A stretch of DNA of 64,000 bases from Candidatus Poribacteria bacterium (GCA_965242965.1 OZ251518.1:2880001-2944000); one strand, 5' to 3'. Numbered from the stretch's first letter, positions 18,924 to 29,625 are shown. Notes: a model not told the origin generated them from the letters alone. A program made the numbers and translations.

Positions 18924-19853
18924 TCAAAACGGCTGAGAAATGAGCGACAGATGTTCATCATCTGCCCAATTCGGACATTCATGCACGTAGTGGAAAAGAT
19001 ACTGCTGCGCGTATCCGACACCCTCGCCGAAATAGGTTTGCGCAAATTCACGGATTTCGCGCGGTTTCGCCTCCCCGCGGAGATACAGCGTCTCAAAAAT
19101 CCGCTTTATCCAGACATCAATCGGCAGTGCTTCCAAGTGCCCGAGCGAAAAGAGACAGATACAATCCGCGACTTTCTCGCCGATGCCTTTACGTTGCATT
19201 AAGACGCGCTTCGCTTCCGGATAGGGCAACCGTTTTACTTCGGGGAGCGAGAGTTCGCCGCTCACGACAGCTTGCGCGGCACCTTTTAAGTAACCTGCAC
19301 GGTAGCCGGTCCCGCAAGCGAGGAGCTCGTCAATCTCTGCCGCAGCGAGCGCGGACGCGGTAGGGAAACTGTAATCAACGTATCTCTCCAGCGTCAGTTT
19401 CTCTCCGAAGCGTTCGGAAAGCCTGTGGATAATGCCGCGTATCCGCGGCACGTTGTTGTTCTGCGATAAGATGAACGACGCGAGTGTCTCCCAGAGTTCT
19501 TGGTTCAGGATGCGCATCCCCCACAACCGCTGAATGGCGCGATGGATGTAGGCATCGGTATCAACGGCGGCAAGAATACTAGGCACATCGCGTTCAATGT
19601 CAAGATAGTGGCGCAGGAATGCCGTTAACTGCGCCGCATCTTCCGGGGCAGAACTTGCAACCGACAAGGTGATGCTGTCTTGTCTCTCGTCTGTTGCGCT
19701 CAACTTGAGTATCCGTCCCTCCACGACACCGTAGTAGGCATCTTCGACGCGGTTCCATCGAAACGACTGCCCTGATTCAAGGGTATATTTCAGATTGAAA
19801 TCGGTTACGCCCTGCATTTGCATTGCGAAAATTCCTTGCGTGCTTTTTTTCAA
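18924..19853 (-). CDS. 8-oxoguanine DNA glycosylase (OGG1-like, HhH-GPD)
   Basis: TLESGQSFRW, SFILSQNNNVPRI, GYRAGY, KGIGEKVADCICLF, PIDVWI, GYAQQYLF. Confidence 0.9.
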   Translation of the reverse strand: MKKSTQGIFAMQMQGVTDFNLKYTLESGQSFRWNRVEDAYYGVVEGRILKLSATDERQDSITLSVASSAPEDAAQLTAFLRHYLDIERDVPSILAAVDTDAYIHRAIQRLWGMRILNQELWETLASFILSQNNNVPRIRGIIHRLSERFGEKLTLERYVDYSFPTASALAAAEIDELLACGTGYRAGYLKGAAQAVVSGELSLPEVKRLPYPEAKRVLMQRKGIGEKVADCICLFSLGHLEALPIDVWIKRIFETLYLRGEAKPREIREFAQTYFGEGVGYAQQYLFHYVHECPNWADDEHLSLISQPF

Positions 19854-19939
19854 TTAGTATACACCGATTTTAGAAAATAGTCAAGTTTTTATGAAATAAT
19901 TTCGCAGCACAAGAAAATTCAATGCACCAATGATTCGCG

Positions 19940-20252
19940 TTGAAGCAGGATTTACAAGAGTATCACGATTTGAAGCAGGATTACCACGATTATCACGATT
20001 TGAAGCAGGATTTACACGATTATCACGATTTATCAGGATTAGGGCTCTGACGACACCAGCACCATTTTGGCAGACCACGGCGGTGGCGGTGCATCAGAAT
20101 CTATCTTGCTCATCTTGTCAAATCTTGAAAATCCTGCTCATCTCTTGCGAAATCTCGAAAATCCTGCTACCGTTTTGGCAGACCACGGCGGTATCGGTGC
20201 ATCACAAACTAGAATCTTGAAAAATCTTGCAAAATCTCGAAAATCCTGCTCC
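19940..20252. repeat. CAGGATT-type element: three 30-bp tandem repeats, an internal duplication and inverted ends
   Basis: TGAAGCAGGATT at 19941, 19971 and 20001; TTTTGGCAGACCACGGCGGT twice; AAAATCCTGCT three times. Confidence 0.85.
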
Positions 20253-20274
20253 ATTTTGCCCAAAATAAAAAAAT

Positions 20275-20303
20275 TTGACATTTGCCCAAGTTTCGTGTAT
20301 ACT
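20275..20303 (+). promoter_or_regulatory. sigma70 promoter
   Basis: TTGACA-17 bp-TATACT upstream of the PPIase gene. Confidence 0.75.
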
Positions 20304-20351
20304 ATTAATATGGAAGTTCTATAGCACTCGATCAGGAGATACCTTTCAGCA

Positions 20352-22307
20352 ATGATTATCTTTTTACGTGAAAAATTTATCGCGCAACTCTTTATGTGGG
20401 TAATCGCCATCGTCTTCTTGGTAGGCACCGTGCTGCTTTACAACAATTCACAAGGCGGCAGCGGCGGCCCCGAGACAGAAGTCGTCCTTCGCCTAGGCGA
20501 TGCCGAAGTCACGCGCGGGGATTTTGAGCGCGCCGTCGCAGACGCAATGCGCTCCGCACGAAACCAACGATTCGGCGGTGAACCAGACCGCGAGGAAACG
20601 CAAAAATCAGTCATCGAACAGTGGATTCAGCAGACTATCCTCAGCAGCGCAACGGTGAGTGATGCCGAGGTAGAACGCTACATCCGTAGTGACACAAACA
20701 GGGTGAGTCTTTACAACCGTTACCTGCAAAACGGATGGGAGGAACTTTACACGCAAAACGTTCGCTTACAACTCAGCGCGACGACACTGCGCGATACTAT
20801 CCAAAACCTAGAATTGGTAACGGATACCGAAGTCGAACAAGATTTTCGGCTTGAGGCGGACAAGGCAAAACTGAAGTTCATTGAATTCCGGCACGCCGAT
20901 TACACCGCTGTCATTGAGGTGGACGACGCTGAAGCGGAAAAGCACTTTGAGGCAAACCGTGACACCTATAAGGCAGAAGAACAGGTGAACGTCAAGTTTA
21001 TCAAAGTGACACCGGCGGATTACGTCACCGAATCGGACGTTCAAGCCTATTACGATGAAAACCCAGGGGAATTCACAACGGTGGAAGCTGTCAGAGCACG
21101 GCACATCTTGAAAAAATTCCCCGACAATGTCACCGACGAACAGAAAGCCGAGGTGAAGACAGCAGCAGAGGAACTGCTCAAGACTGTGAACGAGGAATTG
21201 GCGAAGGGTGCCACATTTGCCGAACTCGCCGAGAAGCATTCGGAAGGCCCCTCGGCTAGCCAAGGCGGCGCGTTAACAGGCTCCAATGCAAACCTGCCGC
21301 CGGGTGCCTATTTCGCGCGCGGCGACATGGTGAAACCCTTTGAAGAAGCCTGTTTTGACACGCTGAACCCCGGCGAAGTCAGCGAACTTGTCGAAACGCA
21401 ATTCGGGTATCATATTATCACCTTAGAGGAGAAGAAACCGCCGGAGACAAAACCGTTTGACCAGGTGCAGTATGACATCCAGCAAAAACTGGTGAAAATT
21501 CGGGGCACCGAAGAAGCACGGAGAGTCGCGACGGACCTGCTCTACGAGGTAGAGATTACCGATTATGATACCGCGCTCACACTAGACGCATATCAGGAGA
21601 AAGCACTCTCGGTGAACGAAACCGGACTCTTCCGCAGTGATGACGCGGCGATTCCTGAAATCGGTCCGACATGGAGTCACCGCGGGCTCATCGAAGCACT
21701 CTTTGACATGGAAGTCGGCGTGATTAAAGTGGTTGAAGGCAAAAAAACAAACGGTGAGGTTGAAGCGTTTTTTATCGCTACCGTGCTTGAGAAAAAACCG
21801 GCGGCGATCCCGCCATTCGCCGAGATAAAGGCGACGGTCATCGAAGACGTGCGGCTAGAAAAGGCGAAAGAACGTGCCTTCGCAGACGCGCAAAACCTTG
21901 TGAATCAACACACAGCCGACGCATCGATTGATGCCCTACTGAAGAAGTATCAGGCACCCGAAGGCCTCACGGCAGAACGGCTCTCCGTTCAAGAGAGCAG
22001 TCTGTTCGCGCGCGCTGCTAACAGCGACTACATTGGTGGTATGGGGAATTCGGAGGAGGCGATGTTCGCCGCGTTCCTGATGAAGGTAGATGAAATCCGC
22101 GGTCCGCTCAAAGGCGATAGTGCAGTCTACATCGTCCAACTCGTCGAACGGCAGGCACCCGATTTGGAAACCTTCAAAACGGATACCGATGAGCAGACGC
22201 GGCATCGTCAGGCACTCATTCAGGTGAAAAAGCGGGAGGCGTATCTGAACTGGTTCGCCGCGCGGAAGAAGCAGAGCGACCCGTGGATACATGCCGATTA
22301 TCGTTAA
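20352..22307 (+). CDS. PpiD/SurA-like membrane-anchored parvulin peptidyl-prolyl isomerase
   Basis: N-terminal TM, VRARHIL, FAELAEKHSEGPSASQGG, MVKPFEEACF, VETQFGYHII. Confidence 0.88.
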   Translation: MIIFLREKFIAQLFMWVIAIVFLVGTVLLYNNSQGGSGGPETEVVLRLGDAEVTRGDFERAVADAMRSARNQRFGGEPDREETQKSVIEQWIQQTILSSATVSDAEVERYIRSDTNRVSLYNRYLQNGWEELYTQNVRLQLSATTLRDTIQNLELVTDTEVEQDFRLEADKAKLKFIEFRHADYTAVIEVDDAEAEKHFEANRDTYKAEEQVNVKFIKVTPADYVTESDVQAYYDENPGEFTTVEAVRARHILKKFPDNVTDEQKAEVKTAAEELLKTVNEELAKGATFAELAEKHSEGPSASQGGALTGSNANLPPGAYFARGDMVKPFEEACFDTLNPGEVSELVETQFGYHIITLEEKKPPETKPFDQVQYDIQQKLVKIRGTEEARRVATDLLYEVEITDYDTALTLDAYQEKALSVNETGLFRSDDAAIPEIGPTWSHRGLIEALFDMEVGVIKVVEGKKTNGEVEAFFIATVLEKKPAAIPPFAEIKATVIEDVRLEKAKERAFADAQNLVNQHTADASIDALLKKYQAPEGLTAERLSVQESSLFARAANSDYIGGMGNSEEAMFAAFLMKVDEIRGPLKGDSAVYIVQLVERQAPDLETFKTDTDEQTRHRQALIQVKKREAYLNWFAARKKQSDPWIHADYR

Positions 22308-22324
22308 AACGCCGAGGCCTCGCA

Positions 22325-22654
22325 AGCGATGTCCCCGTAGGAGAGACCTCCTGGTCTCGATGCAATAGGGCGGCAGAAAGCCCCCTTTCATCGTAGGGCG
22401 AGGGCCCTCGCATGCCACACGCGCATGCGAGCGGGTTCCCCTCGCCATCGTTCGCGCAATCCAACGATCGCGGGGGACAGGCCCCCGCGCTACGGTGAAA
22501 ATCAGACGCTCCTCACCTCTGTAGGGCAAGATCGCCTGATCTTGACCTGTTCGGGATCAGGCGCTCCCGAACTACAGAGGTGGGCCCGATGCCTTCCGAA
22601 TCGCTCGGGGTGGCACGAAACCATTTTGACAACAACGACTTATGAAACACCCTC
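22325..22654. repeat. REP cluster ending in TIR-like TATGAAACACCCTC
   Basis: Lies between convergent genes; REP families A, B and C. Confidence 0.85.
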
Positions 22655-22658
22655 AGCT

Positions 22659-23726
22659 TTAATTAAGGTGTTCGTAAAAGAAATTGCGGCGTTTCGCAGT
22701 ATACCCTAACTCGGCGATAGTCCGTTCGATCTCCTCAATCGGCATGCAGTAAACAGTGCCGGCCTTGCTGACAACGTTCTCCTCTATCATCGTGCCGCCC
22801 ATGTCGTTGGCACCGAATTTGAGGGAGAGTTGCCCAATTTTAGGGCCCTGCGTTACCCAGGAAGATTGGAAATTGTCAAAGTTATCAAGGAACAGGCGTG
22901 AAATCGCCAAGGTTTTGAGGTATTCAAAACTGCCGGCAGGTGGGATGTGCGCCAGCTCGGTGTTGTTCGGCTGGAGGGACCAGCAGATAAACGCCGTGAA
23001 CCCGCCTGTCTCGTCTTGTAAATCGCGCAGGCGGACGAGGTGCTCCACGCGCTCGGCATAAGTCTCCACATGTCCATACATCATCGTGGCACTGGATTTG
23101 AGCCCGACGAGATGGCCCTGTCGCATGACTTCTAGCCATTCGTCGGCGGTGCATTTTTTCGGGCTGATTTCGTGGCGCGCGTGCTCGGTTAAAATTTCGG
23201 CACCGCCGCCCGGGATAGAATCAAGGCCTGCATCGCGCAGGCGGATGAGCACATCACGGAGCGGCATGCGGTTAATTTTGGCGAACCAGTCAAGTTCAGG
23301 CGGCGAGAAGCCGTGGATGTGGATGCGATAGTTCGCTTTAATCCAGCGGAGGAGCTCTTCATACCAGTCCAATTTGAGTTTTGGATGCAAGCCACCTTGC
23401 ATGAGAATGAGCTCACCGCCCAAGTCCAGCGTTTCTTGAATCTTCTGTCCCAGTTCCTCGCGTTCCATGACATAGGCATCCGGGTCGCGGCGGTGACGGT
23501 AAAAAGCGCAAAAATCGCAATCGACGTAACACCAATTCGTGTAGTTGATGTTCCTGTCAACGATGTAAGTGACGTAGCCTTCCGGATGTTTGCGTTGGCG
23601 CGCCATATCGGCGGCGTGCCCCAAAGCGAGGAGTTCGTGGCTTTTGAAAAGCGTCACGCCATCGTCAAAATCCAAACGCTCACCGGCTAGCGATTTTTCT
23701 AAAATAGGTTGAATGGTTTTGTCCAT
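22659..23726 (-). CDS. mqnC: Cyclic dehypoxanthinyl futalosine synthase (radical SAM, menaquinone futalosine pathway)
   Basis: VTYIVDRNINYTNWCYVDCDFCAF, LMQGGLHP, SIPGGGAEIL, QSSWVTQG, GANDMGGTMIEENVV. Confidence 0.88.
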   Translation of the reverse strand: MDKTIQPILEKSLAGERLDFDDGVTLFKSHELLALGHAADMARQRKHPEGYVTYIVDRNINYTNWCYVDCDFCAFYRHRRDPDAYVMEREELGQKIQETLDLGGELILMQGGLHPKLKLDWYEELLRWIKANYRIHIHGFSPPELDWFAKINRMPLRDVLIRLRDAGLDSIPGGGAEILTEHARHEISPKKCTADEWLEVMRQGHLVGLKSSATMMYGHVETYAERVEHLVRLRDLQDETGGFTAFICWSLQPNNTELAHIPPAGSFEYLKTLAISRLFLDNFDNFQSSWVTQGPKIGQLSLKFGANDMGGTMIEENVVSKAGTVYCMPIEEIERTIAELGYTAKRRNFFYEHLN

Positions 23727-23815
23727 ACGGTTGTCCTTAGGAAAAACGGGCGAAATTGCGCGACGCGCGCAGTTTTTCCCCGCACAAAAAGGTCAATTTA
23801 TCAATTTTATTGTAA

Positions 23816-23891
23816 ATTTTACCACTTTTTCGCGCATTTGTCAACTTTTTTGACATTTTAATTTGACATTCGGAGAAAAATTGGGTATAAT
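23816..23891. promoter_or_regulatory. Divergent sigma70 promoters for mqnC (-) and rpoZ (+)
   Basis: + strand TTGACA 23863-17 bp-TATAAT 23886; - strand TTGACA (23844)-17 bp-TAAAAT (23816). Confidence 0.75.
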
Positions 23892-23941
23892 TATAATTGC
23901 GTTTGGATATTCGTGCATTTATTTCTGCAGGAGGAATCACA

Positions 23942-24292
23942 ATGGCAGTTGTTTACCACGAAGACTTGGCGAAGGATAACGAAGACTATAATAAATATCA
24001 GGCGGTGAACGTCATCGCACAGCGCGCGCGCGAGTTAAATGCGCGCGGATTACCGGGCGGCTCTGTCGGTGTCCGGCAGAAACTCGTTATCGTCGCTACC
24101 CAGGAATTGGTTGATGGAACAATCAAATATGAGAAAGGCACCGCGAAAGCACCGGCTACGGGGCTCATGTCCATGTTTGAAGAACCGATAGAATCTCCAG
24201 ACGACGATGGCTGGAACGAAGGAATCTTTGAAGAGAATCTCCTCGCCCAGGAAGACGAACCGGAAGAAGTTGAACCCGAAGAGGGGCTTTAG
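23942..24292 (+). CDS. rpoZ: RNA polymerase omega subunit with acidic C-terminal extension
   Basis: NKYQAVNVIAQRAREL...KLVIVATQELVDG; GGAGG RBS. Confidence 0.75.
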   Translation: MAVVYHEDLAKDNEDYNKYQAVNVIAQRARELNARGLPGGSVGVRQKLVIVATQELVDGTIKYEKGTAKAPATGLMSMFEEPIESPDDDGWNEGIFEENLLAQEDEPEEVEPEEGL

Positions 24293-24345
24293 CGGCACGG
24301 ACGCATGCCGGAAATCGTGCCGCCGCGCTAGCATCCAATTTTTTC

Positions 24346-24374
24346 TTGACAAACGGGAAAAAAGTGGGTATAAT
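24346..24374 (+). promoter_or_regulatory. sigma70 promoter of the tRNA/rpmG operon
   Basis: TTGACA-17 bp-TATAAT. Confidence 0.85.
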
Positions 24375-24412
24375 TACGTAGCATCGGTTTTACGATGCGA
24401 ATTCTCGTCATC

Positions 24413-24484
24413 GCTGACGTGGCTCAATGGTAGAGCAAGTGATTTGTAATCACTAGGTTGGAGGTTCGATTCCTCTCGTCAGCT
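24413..24484 (+). tRNA. tRNA-Thr(TGT)
   Basis: GCTGACG/CGTCAGC acceptor, AGTGA-TTTGTAA-TCACT anticodon arm. Confidence 0.95.
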
Positions 24485-24521
24485 TCTTCTAACGTAAGCG
24501 TCAAGGTTGATAACTAAATAC

Positions 24522-24603
24522 GGGGGCGTGCTTGAGTGGTCAAAAAGGGCAGACTGTAAATCTGTTGGCAATGCCTACGGTGGTTCAAATCCATCCGCCC
24601 CCA
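24522..24603 (+). tRNA. tRNA-Tyr(GTA)
   Basis: GGGGGCG/CGCCCCC-A acceptor, GCAGA-CTGTAAA-TCTGT anticodon arm, long variable arm. Confidence 0.95.
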
Positions 24604-24627
24604 TCGTTTTCTAGCAAGTGCATTTGC

Positions 24628-24700
24628 GCGGGAGTAGCTCAGCTGGTAGAGCATTGGCCTTCCAAGCCATGTGTCGCGGGTTCAAATCCCGTCTCCCGCT
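24628..24700 (+). tRNA. tRNA-Gly(TCC)
   Basis: GCGGGAG/CTCCCGC acceptor, anticodon loop CTTCCAA. Confidence 0.95.
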
Positions 24701-24720
24701 CATAGCCATTTTTCTTGTTT

Positions 24721-24796
<76 letters not shown>

Positions 24797-24851
24797 TTTA
24801 TCGGCACGTCGCATGCGTCGGCGTGCAACTTGTCCGAATAGGGTATCAATA

Positions 24852-25004
<153 letters not shown>

Positions 25005-25033
25005 CGCGTCCAAACCGAGACGAAACAGCGTGT

Positions 25034-25107
25034 AGGCCAGTAGCTCCAACGGCTAGAGCGTCGGTCTCCAAAACCGAATGTTGGGGGTTCGAATCCCTCC
25101 TGGCCTG
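25034..25107 (+). tRNA. tRNA-Trp(CCA)
   Basis: AGGCCAG/CTGGCCT acceptor, TCGGT-CTCCAAA-ACCGA anticodon arm; canonical position before secE. Confidence 0.95.
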
Positions 25108-25119
25108 CCTTTTTGTATT

Positions 25120-25500
25120 ATGATTGCTCGCATCAAAAGTTATCTTCACGGAATTAATTTGGAATGGCAGAAGGTGTCTAAACCTGACTCAAGAGAGGTT
25201 CAGGGCAGCACCATCACCGTCATCGTGGGCTGTGCCCTGTTGGGCCTCTTCATCTTTTTAGTCGATGGCAACGCCGGGGCCCCCGCATGGAACAATCCAA
25301 TTTTTCTCCTCTTGCTCGTTGGGCTCCCGATAGGCATCTTTTCCCTTGCGCGAAACTGGGAGAGCCACGCGACGCTTGCAACCGCCGTCGCTTGTGTGCC
25401 GTTAGTTTTTGTGCTCGTGAGCCAATTCGCCCTCAGCCTAGAGGCACCGTTCGGAAACGGGTTCGGGTTGGCATTCCTCCGGGCACTCTTCATCCGTTGA
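25120..25500 (+). CDS. secE: Preprotein translocase subunit SecE (extended, 126 aa)
   Basis: Between tRNA-Trp and nusG; EWQKVSKPDSREV..STITVIV..FIFLVD core. Confidence 0.8.
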   Translation: MIARIKSYLHGINLEWQKVSKPDSREVQGSTITVIVGCALLGLFIFLVDGNAGAPAWNNPIFLLLLVGLPIGIFSLARNWESHATLATAVACVPLVFVLVSQFALSLEAPFGNGFGLAFLRALFIR

Positions 25501-25513
25501 GAGGGATATCGGA

Positions 25514-26098
25514 ATGAATGATAACGGAATGAATATGGACGGATACTGGTATGTTGTCCAAGTCTACACCGGACACGAAAACAAGGTGAAACTCAGCTTG
25601 GAGAACATGGTAGCGCGGGAAGGCATCCAGAACGAAATCCTCCAAGTCAAAGTGCCGCTCACTGAAGTCGTTGAGGTGAAAGACAGCAAGCGCAAGGTGA
25701 GCTCGCGGCCCTCTTATCCGGGATACGTTCTCATCAACACACTGCACGAACTGGGGCCCTATGTTGAACCCCAGATCGGACAGCAAAGCTGGTCCCTCAT
25801 TCAAGAGACTACCGGGGTGATGAATTTCCTGGGTCCCAACGCAAGTCCAACCGCGTTGGATGAGGACGACGTTCAAGCGATGCTGAGCATGGCAACGTTA
25901 GAAGAGGAGCAGCCCCCGACACCGGTTATCGAATTTGAGGTAGGCGACGAAGTGAAGGTGATTGACGGACCTTTCAGTGGATTCCCCGCCGAGGTTCAAG
26001 GCATTGACACGGAACGCCAGCGGTTAAGCCTCAGCATTACCATCTTCGGACGCTCAACGCCTGTTGAATTGGGTTTCCTAGAAGTGGAGAGGTTGTAA
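25514..26098 (+). CDS. nusG: Transcription termination/antitermination factor NusG
   Basis: WYVVQVYTGHENKV, YPGYVLI, KOW VKVIDGPFSGF, IFGRSTPVEL. Confidence 0.97.
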   Translation: MNDNGMNMDGYWYVVQVYTGHENKVKLSLENMVAREGIQNEILQVKVPLTEVVEVKDSKRKVSSRPSYPGYVLINTLHELGPYVEPQIGQQSWSLIQETTGVMNFLGPNASPTALDEDDVQAMLSMATLEEEQPPTPVIEFEVGDEVKVIDGPFSGFPAEVQGIDTERQRLSLSITIFGRSTPVELGFLEVERL

Positions 26099-26173
26099 GC
26101 CCAAATTCCCCTCTATAGTTTGCACTGCGGGAAACCCGGGTCAAAACCGTTTTCGTGAAGGAGTAAGGAACGC

Positions 26174-26596
26174 ATGGCAAAAAAAGTATCAGGAGAAGTG
26201 AAGCTCCAATTAGTCTCTGGGCAGGCAACACCGCAGCCCCCTGTCGGTCCCAGCCTTGCGCCCTATATGATTAATCTGCAGGAGTTCATCAAATCCTTTA
26301 ACGCGCAAACGCAGCACCAAACGGGGATGGTGGTAACCACCCTCATCACCTGTTACAACGACCGGTCATTTACGTTCGTCGTGAAATCGCCGCCAGCGGC
26401 GGTTTTGCTGAAATCAGCGGCGAAAATCGCGAAAGGTTCAAGTGAACCGAATCGGACGAAGGTTGCGTCTGTTACGCCGGACCAGATTCGCGAGATTGCG
26501 CAGACGAAATTGCCCGATTTAAACACAACGGATCTAGAAGCCGCGATGCGGATGGTAGAAGGCACCGCCCGCAGCATGGGGTTGAACATCGGCTAG
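26174..26596 (+). CDS. rplK: 50S ribosomal protein L11
   Basis: [37 protein letters not shown]. Confidence 0.97.
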   Translation: MAKKVSGEVKLQLVSGQATPQPPVGPSLAPYMINLQEFIKSFNAQTQHQTGMVVTTLITCYNDRSFTFVVKSPPAAVLLKSAAKIAKGSSEPNRTKVASVTPDQIREIAQTKLPDLNTTDLEAAMRMVEGTARSMGLNIG

Positions 26597-26627
26597 AGAC
26601 GCGGCACACCGCAAGGGAAATAGAGAC

Positions 26628-27329
26628 ATGGCGAAAAAAGGGAAACGCTACCGTGGGCTGAAAGAGCAGGTAGATAGGCTTCAACTTTACACGGTTGATG
26701 AAGCTGTCTCGCTTGTGAAAAAAACGAGTGCAGCGAAGTTCGATGAAACCGTGGATTTGGCATCGCGCCTCGGCGTAGACGCGCGGAAGGCAGAAGAGAA
26801 TATCCGCGGCACCGTCGCGCTGCCGCACGGCACCGGAAAATCGGTGCGCGTCGTCGTCTTCGCGCAAGGCGATAAGGCACGCGAGGCAGAGGAAGCAGGC
26901 GCGGATTTCGTCGGCACAGACGAATTAGTGGATAAAATTGTGGATGGCTGGCTTGATTTCGATGCGACTATCGCCACGCCGGATTTGATGCGCGGCGTGA
27001 TGCCGAAACTCGGTAGAATTCTCGGGCCGCGCGGGCTAATGCCCAACGCAAAAGCTGGCACCGTCACTATGGATGTCGCCGAGACACTCCAGAGCATCAA
27101 AGCCGGGCAGATTGAATATCGGGTGGAACGTTCCTCCGGTATCGTTCATGTCCCCATCGGCAAAGTCTCGTTTGAAGAAGAGCGGTTGAAGGATAACCTC
27201 AACACCGTGATGGGTGCGCTCGTCAGCGCAAGGCCGTCCTCTGTCAAAGGCCGGTATATTCGGAGCGTTGCAATCTCCGCGACGATGGGTGTCGGTGTCC
27301 GCATCGATCCGCAGCAATTTGCATCATAA
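26628..27329 (+). CDS. rplA: 50S ribosomal protein L1
   Basis: [32 protein letters not shown]. Confidence 0.98.
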   Translation: MAKKGKRYRGLKEQVDRLQLYTVDEAVSLVKKTSAAKFDETVDLASRLGVDARKAEENIRGTVALPHGTGKSVRVVVFAQGDKAREAEEAGADFVGTDELVDKIVDGWLDFDATIATPDLMRGVMPKLGRILGPRGLMPNAKAGTVTMDVAETLQSIKAGQIEYRVERSSGIVHVPIGKVSFEEERLKDNLNTVMGALVSARPSSVKGRYIRSVAISATMGVGVRIDPQQFAS

Positions 27330-27407
27330 TCGTTCGCGTCGGGACGCGGGGTTTGAAACTGCGCATCCCGATGGCATAAATGTTTGATTTGACACGAAAA
27401 TAGAGAA

Positions 27408-27637
27408 TAAAGTCGTAGAAAGTAGGTGCCGCTGGCTTAATTTCCTACCGAGGCTTGACAGGAATGGAAACCGAAGCGTGCTGCGCAGGCTGCACGCCCG
27501 GTCCGATTTCATTCCACGTGCGCTGAGCCTCCACCCGTCTGGAGGCTTTTTGTTTGCAAGAATAGAGGGAGGGGTGCAAATCCCCCCTTGTCGCCGCGGT
27601 CTTCGGGCCGCGATACGGAATACGAAGGAGCTGACAC
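27408..27637 (+). promoter_or_regulatory. L10 leader (rplJ autoregulatory RNA)
   Basis: GTCGTAGAAAGTAGG...TTAA...CCTACCGAGGC resembles the L10-leader kink-turn core, in the long rplA-rplJ spacer; 3' extent uncertain. Confidence 0.7.
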
Positions 27638-28204
27638 ATGCCGAATCAGGCGAACGTTCAGCAAGCAGAACAAATCCGCGAACTCTTTGAAAGCGCGGAT
27701 GTGATTCTGCTCACCGACTTTCAAGGACTAAGCGTCGCAGAAACGAACGAACTTCGTAACAGTTTACGCGCCGCCGATGTCCAATATAAAGTCTGTAAAA
27801 ACACGTTAATCAACGTTGTCGCGCAAGAGAGAGGCATTGACGGGTTAGCACCTTATCTCAAAGGCAACACGGCACTTGCGGCAAGCAGTGACCCGGCCGC
27901 ATCGGCGAAGGCACTTCTCGCTTTCTGTGAAGAACACGAAAATCTCACGATTAAGGGTGGTATCCTTGGCACGCGAGTCATCGACGCAGTCGGCGTTGAG
28001 GCTCTCAAGGATATGCCGTCCCGCGACGTGATGATTGCACGAGCCATCGGATGCATAGGTGCCCCGCTCACCGGACTCGCCCAGGTCTTGAACCAAGGTT
28101 CGCCTGTGAAGGGGATGGTGAATGTTCTCAGTGGAACGATACGCCAAGTGACCTCGGTGTTAACCCAGGTTGCCGAGCAAAAGAGAGAGGCTGAAAACGC
28201 CTAA
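27638..28204 (+). CDS. rplJ: 50S ribosomal protein L10
   Basis: [30 protein letters not shown]. Confidence 0.95.
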   Translation: MPNQANVQQAEQIRELFESADVILLTDFQGLSVAETNELRNSLRAADVQYKVCKNTLINVVAQERGIDGLAPYLKGNTALAASSDPAASAKALLAFCEEHENLTIKGGILGTRVIDAVGVEALKDMPSRDVMIARAIGCIGAPLTGLAQVLNQGSPVKGMVNVLSGTIRQVTSVLTQVAEQKREAENA

Positions 28205-28226
28205 TTTTTCAAGAAGGAGTTACACA

Positions 28227-28622
28227 ATGGCTGCAAATATAGAACAGCTAATTGAAGACATCAGCAATATGACAGTATTAGAACTGTCAGAGCTGGTCAA
28301 AGCGTTAGAAGAGAAGTTCGGTGTCAGCGCGTCCGCCGCGCCGATGATGGCGATGCCGGGGATGATGCCGGCCGCTGCCGCCGAGGAAGAAGCCGCCACC
28401 GAGGAAGAGCAAACGGAATTTGATGTCCAGCTTAAAGACTTCGGTGCGCAGAAGATTCCGGTTATCAAAGAGGTCCGCGCGATTACCGGCCTGGGGCTGA
28501 AGGAAGCGAAGGAGAAGGTCGAATCCGCGCCTGTCGTCATCCAAGAGGGTGTCGGCAAAGAAGAGGCAGAGAAGACGAAGGCACAGCTCGAAGACCTGGG
28601 TGCCGCCGTGGAGATTCTCTAA
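28227..28622 (+). CDS. rplL: 50S ribosomal protein L7/L12
   Basis: [49 protein letters not shown]; AAGGAG RBS. Confidence 0.97.
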   Translation: MAANIEQLIEDISNMTVLELSELVKALEEKFGVSASAAPMMAMPGMMPAAAAEEEAATEEEQTEFDVQLKDFGAQKIPVIKEVRAITGLGLKEAKEKVESAPVVIQEGVGKEEAEKTKAQLEDLGAAVEIL

Positions 28623-28722
28623 CCGCGTCCGCGAGGCATGCGCGCGATGCCGCGCGCATGTCACCCTCCTCTCCCCCATGCGATACCATACCATCCGAAC
28701 CATCCGATGAGGCAGTCACTCC

Positions 28723-29592
28723 ATGTTCAGTATCGTTGAGGTTTTCTACCTCGTCTTCAGTCAACTTGCTGTCGGTGGTGTCGCGCTTCTCCTCCTTGTT
28801 CCGCAAGGGTTGGTAGGTGCGAACTTTTATCGTTTGATGGGCGGCATCTATCTGCTAGTTATCGGCTTCGCCCGATGCGCGATGCTGTCCATTCACCATC
28901 AAGCCGTGAACTTCCGCCATTTTTTCACGGCATCGCCGGACATCGAGTCGCTCTTCATCCTCCTCTTTTTCCTGAGCGTCCTCCTCTGGACGTTGAGTTG
29001 GTGGTTCAAAGCACCCATCTTCACTCGTATCCTCTTTTTCTTTTCGCTACTCTGCGGTGGCATCGTTCTCTTTCTGAGTCCGATGCGCTACCTCAAACTG
29101 ATTCCGAACGAAGCGTTTCTCATTGGGCAAAATGGCGTTGCCGGTTACCTGCTCTTCAGTGCGCAATTCCTGTGTGCCGCCGCGCTACTCGGTGCAGTCA
29201 ACAGCGGCATGTGGTTCGGACACTGGTATCTTGTCACTCCAGATTTGCCGATTCACTACCTCAAGCGGTTCAATAGCGTTTTGCTCGCCGCCCTTATTGG
29301 GACAGCCAGTCTCTTTGGCATCGCTCTCTTTTTGCGGTGGAAATCCCCCGACGTTGTCCCGTTCAATCTCTATTATCACCTCATTTTTAGCATGCGGCTT
29401 CTCATCGGGCTCGGCGGGACGCTGTTCCTCTATTTCATCACTTGGGATTGCCTGCGCGATAAGTCGGTAGCGATAGATGCCGTAGGCGCGACGCGCGCCG
29501 CCACAGGCTTCCTTTTCATCGCCATCCTTACCGTATTCATCGGCGAATTCTGTAGCCGACTGTTGCTGTTGGAAATGCGGTTTGTTTTATGA
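28723..29592 (+). CDS. Polytopic membrane protein (possibly DmsC/NrfD-like anchor fold)
   Basis: About 8 TM helices; FSQLAVGG near the N-terminus, GMWFGHWYL, ATGFLF..GEF..R near the C-terminus. Confidence 0.6.
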   Translation: MFSIVEVFYLVFSQLAVGGVALLLLVPQGLVGANFYRLMGGIYLLVIGFARCAMLSIHHQAVNFRHFFTASPDIESLFILLFFLSVLLWTLSWWFKAPIFTRILFFFSLLCGGIVLFLSPMRYLKLIPNEAFLIGQNGVAGYLLFSAQFLCAAALLGAVNSGMWFGHWYLVTPDLPIHYLKRFNSVLLAALIGTASLFGIALFLRWKSPDVVPFNLYYHLIFSMRLLIGLGGTLFLYFITWDCLRDKSVAIDAVGATRAATGFLFIAILTVFIGEFCSRLLLLEMRFVL

Positions 29593-29625
29593 ACAAGGCA
29601 GTAGCAGCCAAAAAGTGTTTAATGT

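Noticed and set aside
19941-20030. 30-bp repeats as a CRISPR array
   Set aside because: Head-to-tail tandem repeats with no unique spacers.
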